From Lepidodermella squamata (lineage: Eukaryota > Animalia > Gastrotricha): a stretch of DNA of 64,000 bases. Shown piece after piece: positions 60,501-64,000 of this stretch (the stretch's first letter is position 1; every line of letters starts with the position of its first letter). Below the pieces are notes generated by a model. The model did not search any database and had not been told where the DNA came from. It saw only the letters and a list, made by a program, of their open reading frames with translations. The position numbers and the translations under genes are program-made. The stretch lies in NCBI GenBank assembly GCA_047495785.1, contig JBLDXI010000031.1:1178001-1242000 (forward strand), read 5' to 3'.

Positions 60501-63500
60501 GTATTTCGAGCCTTTTGGACAACTCATTTTCAGGGCGCCTTGGCAATTGATGATATCTCGGTTTCTTCGAATCCCTGTTCTAGAAGCCTGGATCTAGCCT
60601 GCAGGTTTGAAGGCTTCGACAACTGTGAGGTTAAAACCTCAGAACAGTTTGAAGTTATTAGAGCTGTCGATGCAGATCCAAGAGCTAGAGATCACACTTA
60701 TAACTCAGGTAATGGCCATGCTATAGTTGCCCAGTCTATAACTGTTGAAAACAGCGCAATATTCAGCGTTGAATACCATGCCAAATACGATCGATGTCTG
60801 ACTTTTTGGTACAGACTCAGTTCATTTGGCTGCATGCAACTTCGAGCCGGCTTAAAGACCAACAACTCTGAAATGCTTGAAGTCGTTTCACTCACCGCAG
60901 ATCCCTCTAATCGCTATGAATTCGTCCAGGGCCGAGTTCATCTACCTGGTTTGGAAGAAGATGAACGAGATGCAGAGTTATTTTTCAAGGTCGGCATTCT
61001 ATGCCCGGTTTCCAATGCCGAAGCGTGGCTGGATGATATCATCGTTCTTGAGCAAGGCTGCTCTAGAAAAGGATCGTGTAGTTTTGATTCAACCCTTTCT
61101 CACTGCGGTTTCGAATCAAAGGGTGACGAATTAATGCCGTTTTTATTTGGTTTGTCCAACGGCCCTTCGCCTATACCATCTCCTGAAATCGATAACACGC
61201 TGATGGACTCTCAAACAGGTGGTTTCGTATTTCTCGACCAACACAGCAGCGCCTTGCCTAAAATGGGTTACATAACTTCTCCTTGGCTTATCGCATTGAG
61301 CGACGTTACCACTGTGTCCTTTTTCTATGTGCTGAATGGACCCGATGGCGGATTGCTCAGAGTTGGCCTTCAACCTCAAGGGCACGAAATGCGTGATCTT
61401 TGGCAGTGGACTGTTAAAGATAGAACAACAACTTGGCAGTATGCCAGGTTTTCATTCGATTCATCTGATGTCGAGGCTTTCGAGCTAGTTTTTATTGGGA
61501 CAAGAGGGACAAACAGCTACGCAACTCTTGCTATCGATGATATCGTTATCATGCCCGGTGTTAGCGGAGCTTTCTACCCTCTCGGCTCTGATCCTGACCT
61601 ACCTTTGACTACAGACGCGCCTCCGTCGGGTACAACATTTCCAACTACGCCTTATCCTCCATTTCGTAGGCTTTGGAGTCAATTCTTGAATTGTTATTAA
61701 TAATTTGTTACTAGCTATCGATGGACTTTTGATCGATTGCGATTTCCAAGATTCTGTTTGTGATTTCTCAACGGATAAGAAATACGGCTTATCCTGGGTT
61801 TGCCCAAAGGATGGAACCTGCTCTGATCCTTACGGGCCATTCTTAGACCATACCACGGGAACAGGTTTAACTCAAAAGTATATTTGTTAACCTTATATAA
61901 TCCTGTTTCTATCTTTTAGTTCAAGGTCGTTACGTGTGGAGTGATGTTCAGTATACTGGATCGTTCTCAGTTAGGGCCTCAATCACTCAAAAATACTCTT
62001 CGCTGCAACCCGCCTGCCTAAGTTACTGGTACTTTGCGACGGGTGGGAACTTGCCTTCGATTAAAAGTGGCTACATGTCATCATCAACATCTCAAACCCC
62101 TTCTGATATCTTTCAAAGAACAAGACCACAAACATCATCTTGGACTTATGTAGAGCACTTCATTCCACCTTCTACGTCATATTTGATCCACATAACAGCG
62201 GAGCGTGGTCAGAAAGCTTATGGCGATGTTGCGTTTGACGATGTGAAACTGTGGAATGACAGCTGTCCGGCTCGTCCTAATGAATGCAGTTTCGACGCAG
62301 GCTACGCTGATCCTAACAAACCTTGCGGTATCAAGACCTCCGGAGATGCGTCTTGGAAGTTTGGTCAAAGCAGTCGCACAAACTACGACCACACTTTGCA
62401 AACAGCATCAGGAAGATATGCCTATGTTGACTCTAAATGGTCTGCGAGTTTTCAAAGCGCTAAATTGGCATTTCCTGTGGTGATGGATGGCAGGAATTCT
62501 AAAGCTTGCATCAGTTTTTGGTACCAGTTGAGTGGAACTAAACCTGGAGAATTGAAGCTTTACTACAACGATGAAGCCGCCGAGGAAAATTTTGTTGCCC
62601 AACTCTCCTCGTTTACATCCTGGGCCTTCGCAAAATCTGACGTCAAACTGCAAGGTAACCATCGAATCTCAAAAGCATCATAGCTGAGTTTTCGTTTTAG
62701 GATTTCTGCCCGCTAAATGGCTTGCTGTTTTCATTGCAACCTACAGTTACGATGGGAAAGTACCAACTAACCAAATGATCCATTTGGATGATATCAAAGT
62801 TACACCTGGGCCTTGCGAAACTGAAAGTAATATTGATAAAACTTCAATTTCTTGGCCTAATCGACTCTTCTACAGCAATCTGCACATTTGAAAATGGCCA
62901 ATGCAATTGGGAAAATGATGCAGATAATGTTGACTTTGATTGGCTGTTAGGAAATGGCGCAAATGGTGGCCCAGTTGATCTAGATCATACAGCCGAGTCA
63001 GCCGAGGGTCATTACATGTTCCTTCCGATGAAAAGACCCCTAATCAGAGGATCAAGGGCTAGGTACATTAACCTTACTCCCTACTCAAAGCCTAGCTGCT
63101 TGAGCTTTTACTACTACCTATCAGCAAGCTCATCTTCAACTTACAAAACAGCTCTAAGAGTCCTAGCAGTTACAGATAAAACCCAGCTTACTTTATGGCT
63201 GACATCATTAGATACAAATGGAACATGGGCCTTCGGCCAAGTCGCAATCGATAAGATGTCAGAGCCGTATGAAATTGCTTTTGAGTCATATTTTGACTCG
63301 GACCGTTACGATCCTGTAATTGCTATTGACGATGTAGATGTCACTTTCGACATTGCAAAGTGTAAGACCGCCCCATCTATGAATGAAGCTCCCGAACTCG
63401 GATCAGATTGGCTGACCTGTGATTTCAAAGAAGGAAACCTTTGCCTGTTGAAGCCTAGCAATGAATTCAAGGTTATAATCGATGCTCTTGATTCGAAGCC

Positions 63501-64000
63501 ATCTGCGACATATGAATATAAATCACTGAACCATTCTGTCCATCTGGCAAGTCGATGGATTGCAGCACAGCCTAGCTACTGCATCTCCTTCTTTTATGCA
63601 TTTCACGGCCTCAACCCAGGAATCTTCAGTGTTGGTTTTAGAAATAGAAGAGGGGTGGAGCTTACGGAACTGATGATTAGGGAAGAAGGTCAAGGATACC
63701 GTTATCTCCCGGCTTATTTTGAGGTATCATCCTCGTATGATTTCGAGCTGATGTTTGAAGTCACCCCATTCGATCATAACTTCACAGTTGAGTTGAATTA
63801 CAGCGGAACAATATCACTTCGCGATGTCTCAGCTTCGCCAGGATCCTGTGGCCCAGAGATTACCCCTATCACAGATTTTGAGGCAAACGTTGGAAATTGG
63901 ACTACAGATTACTCATTAGGAGAGCCGAGAGGGTACTGGAACCTACTGACTTACAACGAAGGTCTCATCAAGTCATTTAAAGTTCCTCCATTTGACAATA
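57548..64000 (+). CDS. Large secreted or surface protein with multiple MAM domains and PAN/apple-like modules; 3' end outside window
   Basis: Signal peptide MLVFVFTALFLFDLSPKTLG. Repeated MAM hallmarks (CxF(D/E)..C, DHT..G, CL.FWY, LAIDDI). PAN-like C..C...C.SF.F....C units at ~59340-60070. Short GT-AG introns near 58728, 59285, 59791, 61666, 61865, 62655 and 62828. Confidence 0.88.

Overview
This is eukaryotic (metazoan) genomic DNA with spliceosomal GT-AG introns, many only about 45-60 nt. The H1 globular domain resembles mollusc/annelid H1, which suggests a compact-genome spiralian invertebrate (inference only). Positions 1-31 kb are gene-dense: DRAP1-like (5' truncated), cactin, an intron-containing histone H1, GALNT2-like (with a nested antisense ankyrin gene), MEMO1, MRPS2, FBXW5, a signal-peptide ankyrin protein, IPMK, a tetraspanin-like gene continuing (after a +1 frame break) into a Gig2/PARP-like ADP-ribosyltransferase domain, and a Cid1/TUTase-family nucleotidyltransferase. 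Positions 31-57.4 kb hold four paralogous 4-exon membrane-anchored SGNH-hydrolase-like genes, separated by a LINE and nested non-autonomous DNA transposons (mariner-, hAT-, EnSpm-, pogo- and Ginger-like ends with target-site duplications). From 57.5 kb a secreted MAM/PAN repeat protein runs off the window end. The best novelty candidates are the tetraspanin-ART fusion, operon-like gene packing with splice acceptors just upstream of many ATGs (possible SL trans-splicing), and the SGNH family expansion. No CRISPR array, rRNA or convincing functional tRNA was seen. All calls are by eye from motifs; no database searches were run.
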